In this document: piece by piece, positions 18,027 to 31,917 of the stretch
Position numbering within the stretch: position 1 is the stretch's first letter
Layout: every line of letters begins with the position of its first letter
IMG/VR virus record: IMGVR_UViG_3300000304_000066
Strand: one strand, 5' to 3'
DNA length: 36,694 bases
Origin: an uncultured virus (IMG/VR IMGVR_UViG_3300000304_000066)
Taxonomy: Duplodnaviria; Heunggongvirae; Uroviricota; Caudoviricetes
The notes under the pieces: model-generated
What the model saw: only the letters and a program-made list of their open reading frames with translations
Databases searched by the model: none
Told to the model about the DNA's origin: nothing
Made by a program: the position numbers and the translations under genes

Positions 18027-21000
18027 ATGTATCCAAATTATGACACAGTAACCGGTAATCCGCAGGGACTTCTATACTATCAATTAGGTACAGAAGCCTA
18101 TGAGAAATTACCAGCTGTATTAAATAGTAACTTTAATGAAGGTCTCACAAGTGCAGAAATAGAATCAGAAGCTCTTGTGAATTCATTATTAAATGATGAG
18201 TATATTGCTGCTGACGAACTTGGTGGTGATAGAAGAAGTTTATCTGCAGCTGGATTAGATCAAGATTTCCTCGGTAATAGCTTACTTAGGAGATCTTTAG
18301 GCTTTTTGTCTAGTGAAGATAATATGGATATTGAAGACTTTGTGGAAGGTACTACCGGTAATACCAAGAATAACTTTTTAAAAGTTATGAGAGGTAAAAC
18401 TGACGAAGTATTAAAAGGTCTCAAAGAAAAAGAGAAAGATGGAGATTTTGAAGTGTATAGCTACTTTGCACCAGTATTTGATGAAGAATCCGGTGAATAT
18501 AGGTTAAAAGAAGTAGTTGGTACAAAAGAAGCATTGGCTAAAGTAGAGTTAGCTGGTACTTCTGTTATTAATTCTTACGGTCCCAAGAAATTTACAGGCA
18601 ATACTTTTAGTAGTTTCACTAAAGGCTTTGCTGATGGTTTTCACGGAATTTATACTAGTTTGTTAGGTACTGCTGCAGCAATCGGTGATATAACCCAAAG
18701 TATTAGTGGTTCAGATACATATGGTACATTAAATGCTTTATATGATTATAGGGCGATGGAACAGAAAATGGATACAATGTATGGTAACACCACTATACTT
18801 GAAAATCAAGGAGCTTTTGACAATTTTGAAGGTTTTGGTAGAGCTTTAGGTAATGGTATCGCATCCTTAGTTGGTTATAGAGTTGCAGGTTTACCATTAA
18901 CAAGAGCAGCATCATTACTTGGAGGTACTGCTAGAACATCTAGTTTAATAGGTTCTGCAGGTGCAGGTTTAATTTTAAATGGTGGTGAAGCATATCAAGC
19001 CGCAAAAGAAGCTGGATTAAATGATAGAGACTCTGCTGCTATTATGTTAGTTACTGGTGCATTAAATACCTTAGTTGAACAGAAATTAGGTTCTAATGTG
19101 CTTATGAAATGGTTAGCCAATGGCAAATCTGCAGAAACCGCAGCAAGAGCCATAACTAACATGGTTGGTGGAGATATTTCTAAATTATCTAATAGAGGTA
19201 TACGTAATCAGGTATTGAACAATCTGGTAAATATGGTAGACAGAGTTACTGCTAATACTGGATTTGTTGGTACGGCCTTAGAAGAAGGCGTAGAAGAATT
19301 CATACAAAATCAAGTAAAAAGTTCTATTGAAGTATTATACGATAACTTTATTGCTCCTGCAGATGTACAAGTAGGTGATGGTAGATTTGGTACCGAATTA
19401 TTCACCAAAGAGTCTATGAAATCTGCATTAGAAGAAGGTGCTATTGGTGCTATCATCGGCGCTTTCGGTGGATTTGTACATTCTAGAACTAAAGAAGATA
19501 GCTCTATAATACCATATATTGCATCTGGTGAATATGAATCTTTATTAGCCGGCATGAATGCAGCTTTACAAAAGGGTGCTATTACTCAGGAACAATATGA
19601 CGGTGTTAAACAAAGAGCGGATGCTTTAAAGCAAATATATGACACAGATAAAAATCTATTTGCACAAGTAACACAGTACGCTGATAAAGACCAGATGGAA
19701 ATATCCGAAGGCTTACTTAAGAATTTGCGTAACCAAGACGAATATATACAAAATACCCAGAATGNNNNNNNNNNNNNNNNNNNNNNNNNNNNNNNNNNNN
19801 NNNNNNNNNNNNNNNNNNNNNNNNNNNNNNNNNNNNNNNNNNNNNNNNNNNNNNNNNNNNTAATTATAAACAATTTGTAGACTTATTAAAGAATTCTTCC
19901 CAAATAGTAGCTACTAATGGTAGAGTTGCTCAAATAAATACTGCAGATAGATTTGAAAGAGAATTACGTAATGCGGGTAGAAATCAGGAAGCAGATATAA
20001 TTCGTTCATCTAGAAAAGATGCAGATAGTAAGATTGATAGGATATTACCAAGACCTAAGAAATTTAATTCCGATGAAGAAAAAAGAGCATGGTTACAGGC
20101 TAGACAGGGCATTCAACAAACTATTTATGAGCTGAATGCCGATAGACAAATTGGTAAATTAAGAAGAAATAAATTAAATGGTGAATTAAACAGCATGTTA
20201 ACAAATAATGATGAATTAACTACAGCTGTAAATGAACAGTTCACCAATGAAAAATATATTGCAGAACTTACTAACAAGTATGACGCTATCCGTAATGCTT
20301 CTACTAATGAGGAATTAACAAATGCAGTTAAAGATGCAGAGAACTTTGTTCGCGAATCTTCAGTAGCATTTGAATTAAATAATCCTCAAGTAATAGGTAT
20401 AAAAGATTACGCTACTAAGAGATTTCAAAGAGATTATTTAAATATTCAAGAAGTAGCAAATGCTAAAATACTTCGAGATCTTACTTTGGATAAAACAAAA
20501 TCCAAAAGTATATTAGATAATTTAGTAGAACAAGAAAAACAAAGAAGTGCTCTTCTGAAGATTCAAGAGCAAATAGAAGAAGCAAATAGACGAGTAAAGA
20601 GATTTAAAGACTATTATAATAGTGATGAATACAAAACCTTCTTGGATACTACCATAAATGATGAAAATGCTTCTCAAGAAGATAAAGCATTGTTTCAAAG
20701 AGCTAAAGATGGTGAAACTGCAGCTCAAATAGAAATTGCAGAAAGACAAAAAAAGCAATTACTTAATGATTTGAATGCTACACCTGTATCTGATAGAGCT
20801 GGTAGAGATGAATTAAAAGCGAATTTAGCCGATAAAGATGCGGAGATTGAATATTTACAAAATAAAAAACAACAAGAGGATATTGAATACGAACGTCAAG
20901 CATTTAAGCCTACAGATCTAAATATAAAAGAAGAAGTTACAGATGGTGCAGGTAATGCCTATACTGTAGGAAATGTTGAACGTTCTGAGGCTAATGGTTT

Positions 21001-24000
21001 TAGAGTAACATTAACCCCAGTAAAACCCAGTGATACTGTTTCAGTACATACTGTAGATGGTCAAAATCTATTCAATTATAATATCACTGTAGATGGTAAT
21101 GAACAAACATTGGCAGAATACTTTACTAAACAAGAAGAAATATTAAATAATCAAGCAAATCAAATTAATTTGAATGGTAATTCTGAAACAGAGTATGAAC
21201 CAACTGAATCTAGGGCGCAAACTAAAACACCTTCTGCTCCTAAAGAAGTTAGTGATTCTGTACGTTTAGTAGCCAATGAAAAATTCAACAAGATAATAAA
21301 TACTCCATCTACGGATGTATCAAAAATGCCTATAGTCCTCAGTATAAGCGAAAATATTGAGGAACAACCTGGTTATCCTTTACAAAAGGCAGCAAAGAAG
21401 AAATACTTAGATATGTTAAACTCTAGTGATCCTATTGCTGCTTTCGATGCCATGCCTGATAATGAAAAGCGTGAGTTTATCAAATATTTACCCATACAAG
21501 GTGTTATTACTTACAAAGGGTATAAGAATGTAGTATATACATTTGATAACAATTCTAAACAAAAAGAATTGCTCATTCTTTCCTTACTTAGGAATAATGG
21601 TAAAATAGAACTAAAACCAGGTAGTATTACTCGTACCCCAGGATACATAAATTATCAACCAAACACATCTAATACTTTAACAAAAGGGTTAGGTTTAAGA
21701 TTAAACAAAGATGGGAGATATGTATTTCCTAATGGTACTCCGTTTATGATAGGTATTGCAGATACAACTAATGCAATACATTACTTTAATCCATCTGAGA
21801 ATTCAGAATACTTATTGGTAGCAAATGCAAATGGTACACCGGGTTCTCCTTATTTGATAATACCTGGGGAGTATCAACTTACTGGAGAAGAAGGATACAC
21901 TGCTAAATTAAATCCATCTAAGATACCTTTAGATATTGCTACTACAATAGCTAGAATATTCTCCGATATATCTCTTAAGAAAATAAGATTAACAGATGCG
22001 ATACCTGATAATAATTCTTATGGTATAAAACCTGAAGAATCTGGTTATCTAACGTACGGTCAATTATTGAACCACCTTATTTACTTTGGAGNNNNNNNNN
22101 NNNNNNNNNNNNNNNNNNNNNNNNNNNNNNNNNNNNNNNNNNNNNNNNNNNNNNNNNNNNNNNNNNNNNNNNNNNNNNNNNNNNNNNTAGATAATAAACG
22201 AGAGCCAAATAAAGCTCTGTATATTGATTATAGCAATAATGGAATAGTAAGATATGGTGCTCAACATGAAGCATTAGATCCTAATGATGAAGCATCTATT
22301 GCTAAATTTGCTGATTGGATTAGTAAGAATAAGAATTTCTCATTATCTAGAGCAAATTTAAACAATGACGCTTCAATTNNNNNNNNNNNNNNNNNNNNNN
22401 NNNNNNNNNNNNNNNNNNNNNNNNNNNNNNNNNNNNNNNNNNNNNNNNNNNNNNNNNNNNNNNNNNNNNNNNNNNNNNCAATAAAGTCTGGTAATACTAA
22501 GATAACTTTCAAAACCGGTAGTAAGTATTTAAATGCAATTATTGATAATAATTTCTTACATACGGACTTGGATATAAAGCAGGGTTTAATCGGTAAGTCT
22601 TATTTGGTTATAGACAATATACCTACTACTCAACCCTCTACTCTTACTGAGGATAATGTAAATACTGATGCAGTAAAAACTAGCGAAGAGTCTGAAGAGT
22701 TACCTAAAGAATTAGATTTAACTGCAACACAATTAACTGCAGATAGGTTAAAATCTTTACCAGATGGTACTACTATTGTTGCTAGAGTTCCAGGTGGTCA
22801 GAAGCATGCTAATGCCGTAGGATTAATCAAAAAAGGTAACAAATTAGTTACTGTAGATAATAGAGAAGTTGTAGATATTAATGATGATAACGTAGACAGA
22901 AAGATACGTGAAACATTAATAAAGGAGTACAATAAGAAGATTGACGCTGTAGTTGCATATGAGAATGACCATCCAGAAGCTATGCCTACTGAAAAAGAAG
23001 GGAAATCTACAGTAAGTGTATCTAGTATTGGTTTGAAAATATCTACAAAGAAATTTGAAGGTAAAGGTCCTAATGCGGCTTATGTAGATGATCCAGATTA
23101 CTATAAAAAGGTAAAGAAAGTCAAATTAGTATATCCTACTACAGTAAAACCAACTGCTGAAAGTAAACGTAAACCAGTAACTAAGCCTAAAGAAACGCCA
23201 GTTACTAATGCTTTAGGGGTATCTACTCAAAATCCATTCGCTGTATTAGAACAAACCGACGAAGTAAAACGATTAAGTGCTTTATATGATAGATTGCTAC
23301 AAGATTTAGTTAAAGCTCCTTCTAAGGAACTGTATATATCTAATGTAGAAGTATTAGCTAAAAATCCAGTTAATCTTAGTTTTGCAACTGCGAATGAAAT
23401 ACGTGAATTAATGGAATATGTATTTCCTGATGGTGTATCAGTATATAATATCCTTAAGAATTACGGTAAAGTAGTTCCAGTTAAAAAACAAAATAATTAT
23501 ACAGCTCCTAGTGAAACAACTACATCTACAGACAAAAAACCTAAAACCGAATTAACTTCTGTAGATCAAGTTACTGTAGAAACATCACCATTTAAATTAT
23601 GTCCAGTTTCTTCTAATCCTCAAGTTTATGCCCAATTGCTTGATAGATATAGGAATGAACAAGATCAAATGGATGATGAAGATATGCGCAGTTTGTTAAG
23701 TGAATTTAACGCATTAATAACTGACGTATTACCGGAGTATGAGATATACATGGATATACGTAAACATACACTTAAACTGCGCAAAAGTAAGAATAAACCT
23801 ACCCCTAAATCAGAACCTACTACCATAGTAGTACCACCGGTTGAGGAAACACCTTCTGTAACTAATGTTACTGAAACTACAGTAAATGCCCCTATGACTA
23901 CTGAAGAATTAATTAGAGCAGCAGGTGTAACTCCAGAGGAGACTGGTATGACTAGAAGAAAACCAAAAGGTAAATTCGGTAGTTTCAATAAGAAATCTTC

Positions 24001-27000
24001 AGTACCAATGCAGGTTACTGATAATGGTAAGCGTACTTCAGATTTAAATAAAGAATTAAAAGTATTTAGAAGTATGCTTAATAAGGTATCTGGTGGTAAT
24101 ATTAAATTTGTAGATCATCTTATAAAGATAATTGGTGAATCAGGTAGACCTGGTTGGGCGTGGTCTATAATGAATGAAGATGGTATTACTCTATATGAAC
24201 GACCTGCTGAAGGAGCTATATATCATGAAGCATTCCATAGAGTATCTTTATTACTCCTGAGTAATGAGAACAGGGAGAAATTATATAGAACTGCTAGGAA
24301 GGAGTATTCTTTATATAATAGGTCAGACAATGAAGTAGAAGAGTTTTTAGCTGAAAGATTTAGAGAATATGTATTAAATGATAATACTAAACCAAAAGGA
24401 TTTGTTGGTAGGATATTGTCTAATATAAAAAACTTTATTAGATCTTTCTTACATTTAAATAAAGCCAAAGTAGATAATATAGATGGCTTCTTTAAGTCTA
24501 TACGTGATGGTAGATACAAATACTCTACTATTAATAAAGCTGCTTTAACCGCATTTAATCAAAGATATGCAAATGCTGATTCCCCATTAACTGTAAATGG
24601 TGTAACATTACATAAAATCTACAATAGTGCCTTACTTGGGAATGTAGTAAATGCTCTTACTTCTATGACTTTGGATTTTAATGGTATCCAAAGAATAAAT
24701 GATTTGGAAAGAGGTTTAAGTTTCAATGAGGTAGTAAACAATCTTATCGATTTGAGGGATAAATATCTTGCAGCATCAGAGAATCCCGCATTTGATGAAA
24801 TCACTAAGGCTAATTATAAGTCCAAAGTAGAAATGTATGATGAAATTATAAATAATTTCAATACCGTTTTCAAACCACTAATAGATACTAAGTTACAAGG
24901 ATATAATATTAGAAAGATTGAAAATGAGTTGGATGATAAAGATGACCTTGATAGTTTAGTAAACGATGAAATTAGATCAGCATACGAATTTTCTGTTAAA
25001 GATAATGCTCAAGCTGATATTCGTGTAATGTTTCTTACATTAAAGAATTCAGACCAATATGATCCTGACACTTTCCTGCCTTCTTATGTAAACCCAGATG
25101 TGGCATGGTACAATACATTTAGTGCAGTACATAATGCCAAGTCTATAGATGAGATGCTTGAGATACTGCTGNNNNNNNNNNNNNNNNNNNNNNNNNNNNN
25201 NNNNNNNNNNNNNNNNNNNNNNNNNNNNNNNNNNNNNNNNNNNNNNNNNNNNNNNNNNNNNNNNNNNNNACGAAACTAGCACCATAAGACAAGCCAAAGG
25301 AGAATCAGGCACTATCAATATGTATTCTGAATTATATAACATCTTAACACAAACTGACGAAGATGGTAATCAAGACGAGATGTTAAAAACTAGATTTTGG
25401 AATACATTTAAGAAGCATCGTAATAATTTTATAAATGCATATTACTCTCAAGATGTTAATGACAAGGGCAGATCAATTAATGGTTATTCTGTAAGATTTG
25501 GAGATGCAGATATAAATAAAAGATCTACAAGACTTGAAAGAAACTGGTCGTCAATGTTTGGTGTAAACGGCACATTTTCTAATAAATCTACTTTACAATC
25601 AGCAATTGATGATTTTAAAGCACTAGCTGCAAAGTCTAGAACTAGAGATTTCTTAAGAAGTAATTATACAGATAATGCTATGGAATTAGTTAGAATATTA
25701 AATTCCATAGATATAGCAGTTGATTTAGATACTATAGGAATATTATTAAATAAATATTATTTTGATAGCAATTTAAATAAAGCATTAAAATTTTTATTAA
25801 ATGGTACTCCAAAAACTGGTAGAAAAGATCCTGTAGGTTTATNNNNNNNNNNNNNNNNNNNNNNNNNNNNNNNNNNNNNNNNNNNNNNNNNNNNNNNNNN
25901 NNNNNNNNNNNNNNNNNNNNNNNNNNNNNNNNNNNNNNNNNNNNNNNNNNNNNNNNTTACAGCAATTAGTAGATGATTCTGTTGATAATGTAACTGAAAA
26001 AGCTTTAGAGTTATTAAGTACTGAAAAATCAACTATTGAATTAGCAAGAGCCTATGTAGATGCTAATCCTACTGCAGAAGATGATAGTGTATTAGGTCCA
26101 GATGGTAATCTTGTTTATGCATATAGTGAAAATAACACCATCACTTCTATGTTTGAAGAATGGTTGAAAGATGACGATTTCTTTAACCAAGTAAATGGGG
26201 TTACTTATAATAAGTCTTCGTTATGGTTGGCTCAAATGAAAGATCCAAAAGTAAGAGAAAATCTTCATGTTGACACCATGTTATCTCTTATAGATCTGGA
26301 TGATTATGATACGGGTAGAGGTTATTTGTCTATTGCATCTAATGAGGATTTGATATTGAAATTCAATGCTGTATTAGATAACAAGTTACCATTACCTACT
26401 TTGGCTAATAAGAAGACATTCTACTTTATTACTGGGTTAAAACGATTAGAAGTACATATTCAAAATGGTAGATTAAATGAGGAAGTAATAGATGCCTTTG
26501 TTAACTATGCCATCAATGAATATACTACTATACAAGAAGCAATTAAAGCTAAGAATAAGTTTTTATCCAGAGTAGGGGTATCAGAGGCTGAGTGGAACGG
26601 GATGTCTAAATCTGAACAAGATGCGTTACTCAAAGAAAAAGGTACTAATTATAAAGATTTAGTTGAAAATTACCATTATGTAGTAAAAGGTAATATGAAA
26701 CTAATAGGTAATGGGTATAATTTCAGATATTTCAATTCATTACAAAATAAATTATCAGATCCTGATTTCTTTGTACCTACTAATAAAGCACTTAGGAATG
26801 CAATTAGTGATGCTTTAAATCAACAAGTAAATAATACTATAAAATTATTTATCAATCAGAAATTAATTGCTGGTAACGATAAATATGAGGATTCTGAATT
26901 AATTAAAGAAGAAGGTAGTAATAGTATAAATACTAAGATTATCACTAGAAATATATTATTACCAAATAGTATAATTAAATCAAAATCTACAGAAAGAATT

Positions 27001-30000
27001 GATTTAGCTGAAGCTATTGCTGATTATGCCATTAACTCTGCAATATCTGTATATGAATTTGAAAAACTAGTATCAGGTGATGTAGCTTATTATAAAGGTG
27101 GTATAACTTATCAAGCAATGCTTGATGACCGTGTGAAACGTTATTCTGCACTTACTTCTACTAAGTCTGTGTTGCGTGAGGAATGGCCTAAAGACTATTT
27201 GGACTTTGATACTCACAAATATCGCACATCTATTTTTAGTTCTAATATCGTAGTATCCAAAGTAATGTACGATGAGATGATGTCTAAATATGTCGGTACT
27301 GATGATAATCATGGTTTACTTTGGAAACAATTTGAAATGTTTAGACAAAACCACGTAGGTCGTTTTGACGGTATGTCTGATGAAGAGCTAAAACAAGAAG
27401 TAGTAAAAGAAGCCGATAGACGTCTAAGTGGTTATCTGGAAACTGACCAGACTGATGCTCAGGTATTAATAAGCCCAAAAATGTTCCGTAAATTAGCTAT
27501 TATGAATGGTGAATGGAATCAAGAAAAAGAAGAGGCTTATAATTTAATGGAATCAGATGAACCACTTACTTTGGAACAAGAGCTTCAAGCATATACTGTA
27601 GTAATGCAACCATTGAAGTATATTCACTTTGGTTATGACTTCTTAAATGGGCTGCAAATACCTATTTATGATAAGATGTCATTATCCACAGTATTTAAGA
27701 GGGTTGCTAAAGGTAGGGATTTGCAAAAAGTATATGATTTTATGGCTGACAATGATGTTGATATGGTGAAATTTGATACAGCTGTAAAATCAGGTTTGAG
27801 GCAAAAAGGTACTTTCTACATTGATGGTAAACCTAATGAAGCTTTGAATGATACACCTATATATGAGCAATCTTTTAAGTATCTTGGTAAGCAGTTAGTT
27901 ACTGATCCTCACCATGTATCTAGGATAGCTATGGGTACTCAGGTAGTTAAAATAGCCGTAGCTGGTGTTGAAGATAACTCTATATACGAACGTAATGGGG
28001 TTAGATCTACTGGTGCACAATTAATAAGTGATTATGTTAATGCTATAGGTAAATTATCTGATAATGGTAAAAAGAATATATTAGAAGACTTTGGTATAAG
28101 TGAAGTAGTTGAAAATGGTAAAACTTATCTTACTTTGGATAGAGATAAATTTGTTCAAATGCTTAAACAAGATGCTATTAGTAGTAACTTACCATTTAAC
28201 TTGATAGACGTACTTAAAACTGTAGAGAATGCTGAAGGTAATAAAGACTACTATATAGAATTGTCTGGTATACCTGCATTAGCTTGGATACAAAGTAGAA
28301 TTATATCTATGATTAAGAAAGAAACCATAGATGTTAATACTCCAGGTGGTGCATTAATTCAGATGTCTAATTTTGCTTATAAAGATTCTTTTACAGAAGT
28401 AGACACTAGTAAGTATGAATATAAGTTTAATAAAGAACTGCGCTTTAAAGATAAAAATAATAGACTTGAAGCCATAGTATCTATCAATCTGTTTAAGGAT
28501 GTATTACCAAAAGATTACTTGTTGCAGCAAGCTAGAAAGAATAATACTACATACTTTGATGAAGCTAAGAAATTTATTCTAAGTAATCCAAATCTAGCAG
28601 CATTATCGTATCGTATTCCTACTCAGGGTATGAACTCTACATTGCCAATTACTATAGTAGATTTATTACCAGCTAATGTTGGTGATACTATAGTACTTCC
28701 TGCTGAGTTAACTAAACTTACAGGTGCGGATCAACTCAAGGTTCGCGTAAAACTCCTCTAATTGCTGGGAACCCCTTAGAGCTTGCTCACCACAACGTAA
28801 CTTGAAAAAGTAAGCGTGATGGTTTAAAAAGAGCAAGATTGGGAAATCAGCAGCCAAGCTCCGTTTTTGGAGAAGGTTCAACGACTATCGAAAGCATAAG
28901 GGAAACCTGAAGAAGCGAGTAGAGTAGCTGAAAAGCGAAATGGGGAGCATTCATCAAGAATGAAGATATAGTCTACTCCTTTATGAAAATAAAGGTATTA
29001 AGGTTTGATGTCGACAAGATGTATATAGCTAGGTACAATTACGATGTAGTTGGTGGAGAATTAGTCAAAGTTGAATTTATAGATGATGTAGCTGAAGTAA
29101 CTGAAGATGGTGAAGTAATTACTTTATCAGAAGAGGATTATTTAAAGAAAGTATATGATTATAACTATAGATACTTTAATACTGATTTCTACAAACAAGC
29201 TAAAATCGATATACCTAAAATATTAACTAGCGTAGTTGCTATGATTAATAGGAATGGTGGGTTTACTGATGAATCTTTGGAGGTATTAAGAGCTATGCGA
29301 CAGAAATACTCCATGTTCATTGGACAAAGAAAATTTGATAGCATTATCAATGATAATGAATTAGAACCTACCAAACGTATATTAAAGTTAGCTAGGAATT
29401 TTAGATTAGAAGATAGAAAGAAAACATTTGAGGAGTTCTACGAAGAGAATAAAGGTAAAACTAAATGGGAATTAAACGGTAGTAGACAAATAGAAAATAA
29501 ACTATTGGATATATTCCAGACTATTCTTACTTCGGACAATCATTATATGGATGCTACTGTACCTTTGGACTTTGCTACAGACGCTCTTAAATCCGCAGTA
29601 ACAACAGTAGACAGTTTCTCTAATTTGAATAAGAACTATGCAGATACTGAACCATTATTTCCATTATATCAGGAAAATATAAAAACGCAAAATATTGGTG
29701 CTGATAAAGGTATTGGTCCTATGGCATTGATTAACACGTTCCGTGTAATTATGCAAATAGCTAAATTAAATCTTGATAAAGGTATTCAACTTAAATTTAA
29801 GCGTGGAAATAATGTAATTGAGCGCAATTTAGTTAGATTATTACCAAATATAAATAATCTGTATGATAAATTTGATGCAAATGGTGTATCTATTATGGAT
29901 TGGACATCTGCATTGATTAATGCTCACGTAGATGCTGCTAAGGACTCTTATATCACTCGTTTGAATGTTAACTCTTATACTTATGATGTAGTGGGTTTTC

Positions 30001-31915
30001 TTACTTCATCTGGAGTAGGTATTAACCAATTCTACTTATTACCTCAACCTATATTAAAAGAAATTGCTGATGAAGCTATCAGACGTCAATCATCTAAAAT
30101 GGGTGTTTCTAAGAAGGAAAAACAACAGTTAAATTGGAGAGACGAGATAGTAAGTAAATATATTAAACAAGCAAGATTAAAGAAAGATTTCTTTGATAAA
30201 TTAGATAACGGTACTTTAACAATTGAATGGCGTGGTGAGAATTATTTTGCACAAGATCTTGTATTGAATGAAGAATGGTTAGTAGAACAATTATCTAATC
30301 ATTATAATAGACAANNNNNNNNNNNNNNNNNNNNNNNNNNNNNNNNNNNNNNNNNNNNNNNNNNNNNNNNNNNNNNNNNNNNNNNNNNNNNNNNNNNNNN
30401 NNNNNNNNNNNNNNNTATAGAAACCAAGTTATCATATTTGAATATTTTAGAGATATACAAGACTATAGTAAAGCATTGAGTAATTTAGTATTAGCTTCTC
30501 GTGTGGATACTGGTAAAATGGGTAAGAATGAAGCAGAACTGATATTATCATTACACAGTATAGAAAAAATGATGAATGATAGTCATTTTACTAATGTTGA
30601 GGATGTATATAATAATACTTTCTTAAGTAAGAAACTTAATAATAGTACCGGTTTACTGTTTGATTTACTCAAGAATGAAATGCTTGAATTTACTACAGGA
30701 TTTAGGAAAATGGTAGATCTATTTGGTAAATTATCCGATACTTACTATGATAGAAATACTAAGAATATAAATCAATATATGTCCGAATTAAAGTTTGCAA
30801 TGCAAGCTGAGTTCTTCAATGAATATTGTAAACAAAATAATATAAATCTAAAGAATTTATTCTACGGCGATAATACTATTGTAGATAGAGTAAATAAAGT
30901 ACGCAACCAAGCGTTGTCTGGTACTAAATACATAGACTTAGCAGATAATGTATTATTGAAGATGTTAATTCCTTCAATAAGTACTGAAGGTGCACCCAAG
31001 AAGTTTGAAACAACATTGAAACTTAGGGATACGGATGCTAAAAATGCGTATACTTATGCTTGGCGTGATTTACTCGAACATAGTAGCAAAGAAATACGAG
31101 ATATAGCAAGGGATCTTATAATATATTCATTCTATACTAGTGGTGGTAGAGGTACTGGTATTTATGCTACATTAGATCTTGTACCTTATGAAGTGTTGGG
31201 TAATTTGTCCTATAATCGAAATGGTGAAGATTATACATATAATCAATACATGAAAGAATTAGTTATTAGAGCTAATGAAGATTCTTTAGATTATGAGAAA
31301 TATATTGATTATGCGTTTAGAGCATCTATACGCAATCGAGATATAGTTCAAGAACCCGTTACTAGGTTCAATAATTATGTAGTGGAAAGACAAAATGATT
31401 CTACAGGCAAAGCTATATATATGACAGTAGTAAATGATAAATATACTACTACTGATAATACACCTGTACCATATCTTCAATTAGAAGGTGAATTATATAA
31501 GTTTATTGGTTTTAAAGGCACATATCCTTTATATGCTCTTACTTATCATTTAAATTACAGGGATAGAGGATTCACTATTAATGAAGGTACTAGTACTACA
31601 TTTATAAATGATCCTACTGATTATACTGATATTCATGAACCATTTACTGAAAAATTCTTAGATGGTGACTCAGTTAATTTACTTACAGATACATTCGATA
31701 ATACTGAGTTAAATAAAGTACAAGATAAAGATAATGTAGATAGTTCTGATAAGGATGCTATTCCAGAAACCCCAGTTCAACTTACTGAGGAATTAAGAAA
31801 CCAAACTCAAACAGATGATTTCTTAAATGTAGCCAATAAATATGGCTATACCAATGAAACATTACTTGATGAGTTAACAAATAAAGGTAAACAACGTAAA
31901 AATGAATGTAAATAA
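18027..31915 (+). CDS. Giant virion-packaged RNA polymerase polyprotein (~4,500 aa; Gly/Ala helical N-terminus, zincin HEAFH domain, two-barrel RNAP core), interrupted by a group I intron and six N gaps
   Basis: Each inter-gap segment has a stop-free frame from edge to edge (resuming at 19862, ~25270, 25957, 30416). HEAFH at 24224-24238; TDAQVLISP, KMSL, DMVKFDTAVKSG, YRIPTQ, spliced GADFDVDK, INAHVDAAKD motifs. A gene boundary hidden in a gap cannot be excluded. Confidence 0.8.
26149..28731 (+). CDS. RNA polymerase core, exon upstream of the intron (part of 18027-31915)
   Basis: Ends ...SYRIPTQGMNS...LPAELTKLTGAD at the first catalytic Asp; frame actually open from 25957. Confidence 0.88.
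28732..29003 (+). ncRNA. Self-splicing group I intron (IA2-like, 272 nt, no homing endonuclease ORF)
   Basis: 5' exon ends in U, intron ends in G. P1 GCGGAU/GUUCGC with U-G at splice site; P10 UCAAG/UUUGA; P AATTGCTGGGA (28760), Q AATCAGCAGCC (28845), R TTCAACGACTA (28877), S AAGATATAGTCT (28963); P3 CTCCTC/GGGGAG; P8 CATTC/GAATG; P9 CCTTTAT-GAAA-ATAAAGG. Removal restores GAD|FDVDK in frame. Confidence 0.95.
29004..31915 (+). CDS. RNA polymerase, exon downstream of the intron (contains N gap 30315-30415)
   Basis: Begins FDVDKMY; continues through NAHVDAAKD; frame resumes at 30416 and runs to TAA 31913-31915. Confidence 0.85.
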
Positions 31916-31917
31916 TT

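Noticed and set aside
28983..29003. ATG 28983 as the start of a separate RNAP subunit gene
   Set aside because: This ATG lies in intron stem P9; a separate start would leave the catalytic DxDxD motif split, whereas splicing restores it exactly.
28732..29003. Homing endonuclease or intein within the RNAP interruption
   Set aside because: Only 272 nt, almost all accounted for by ribozyme helices, and it contains an in-frame stop.
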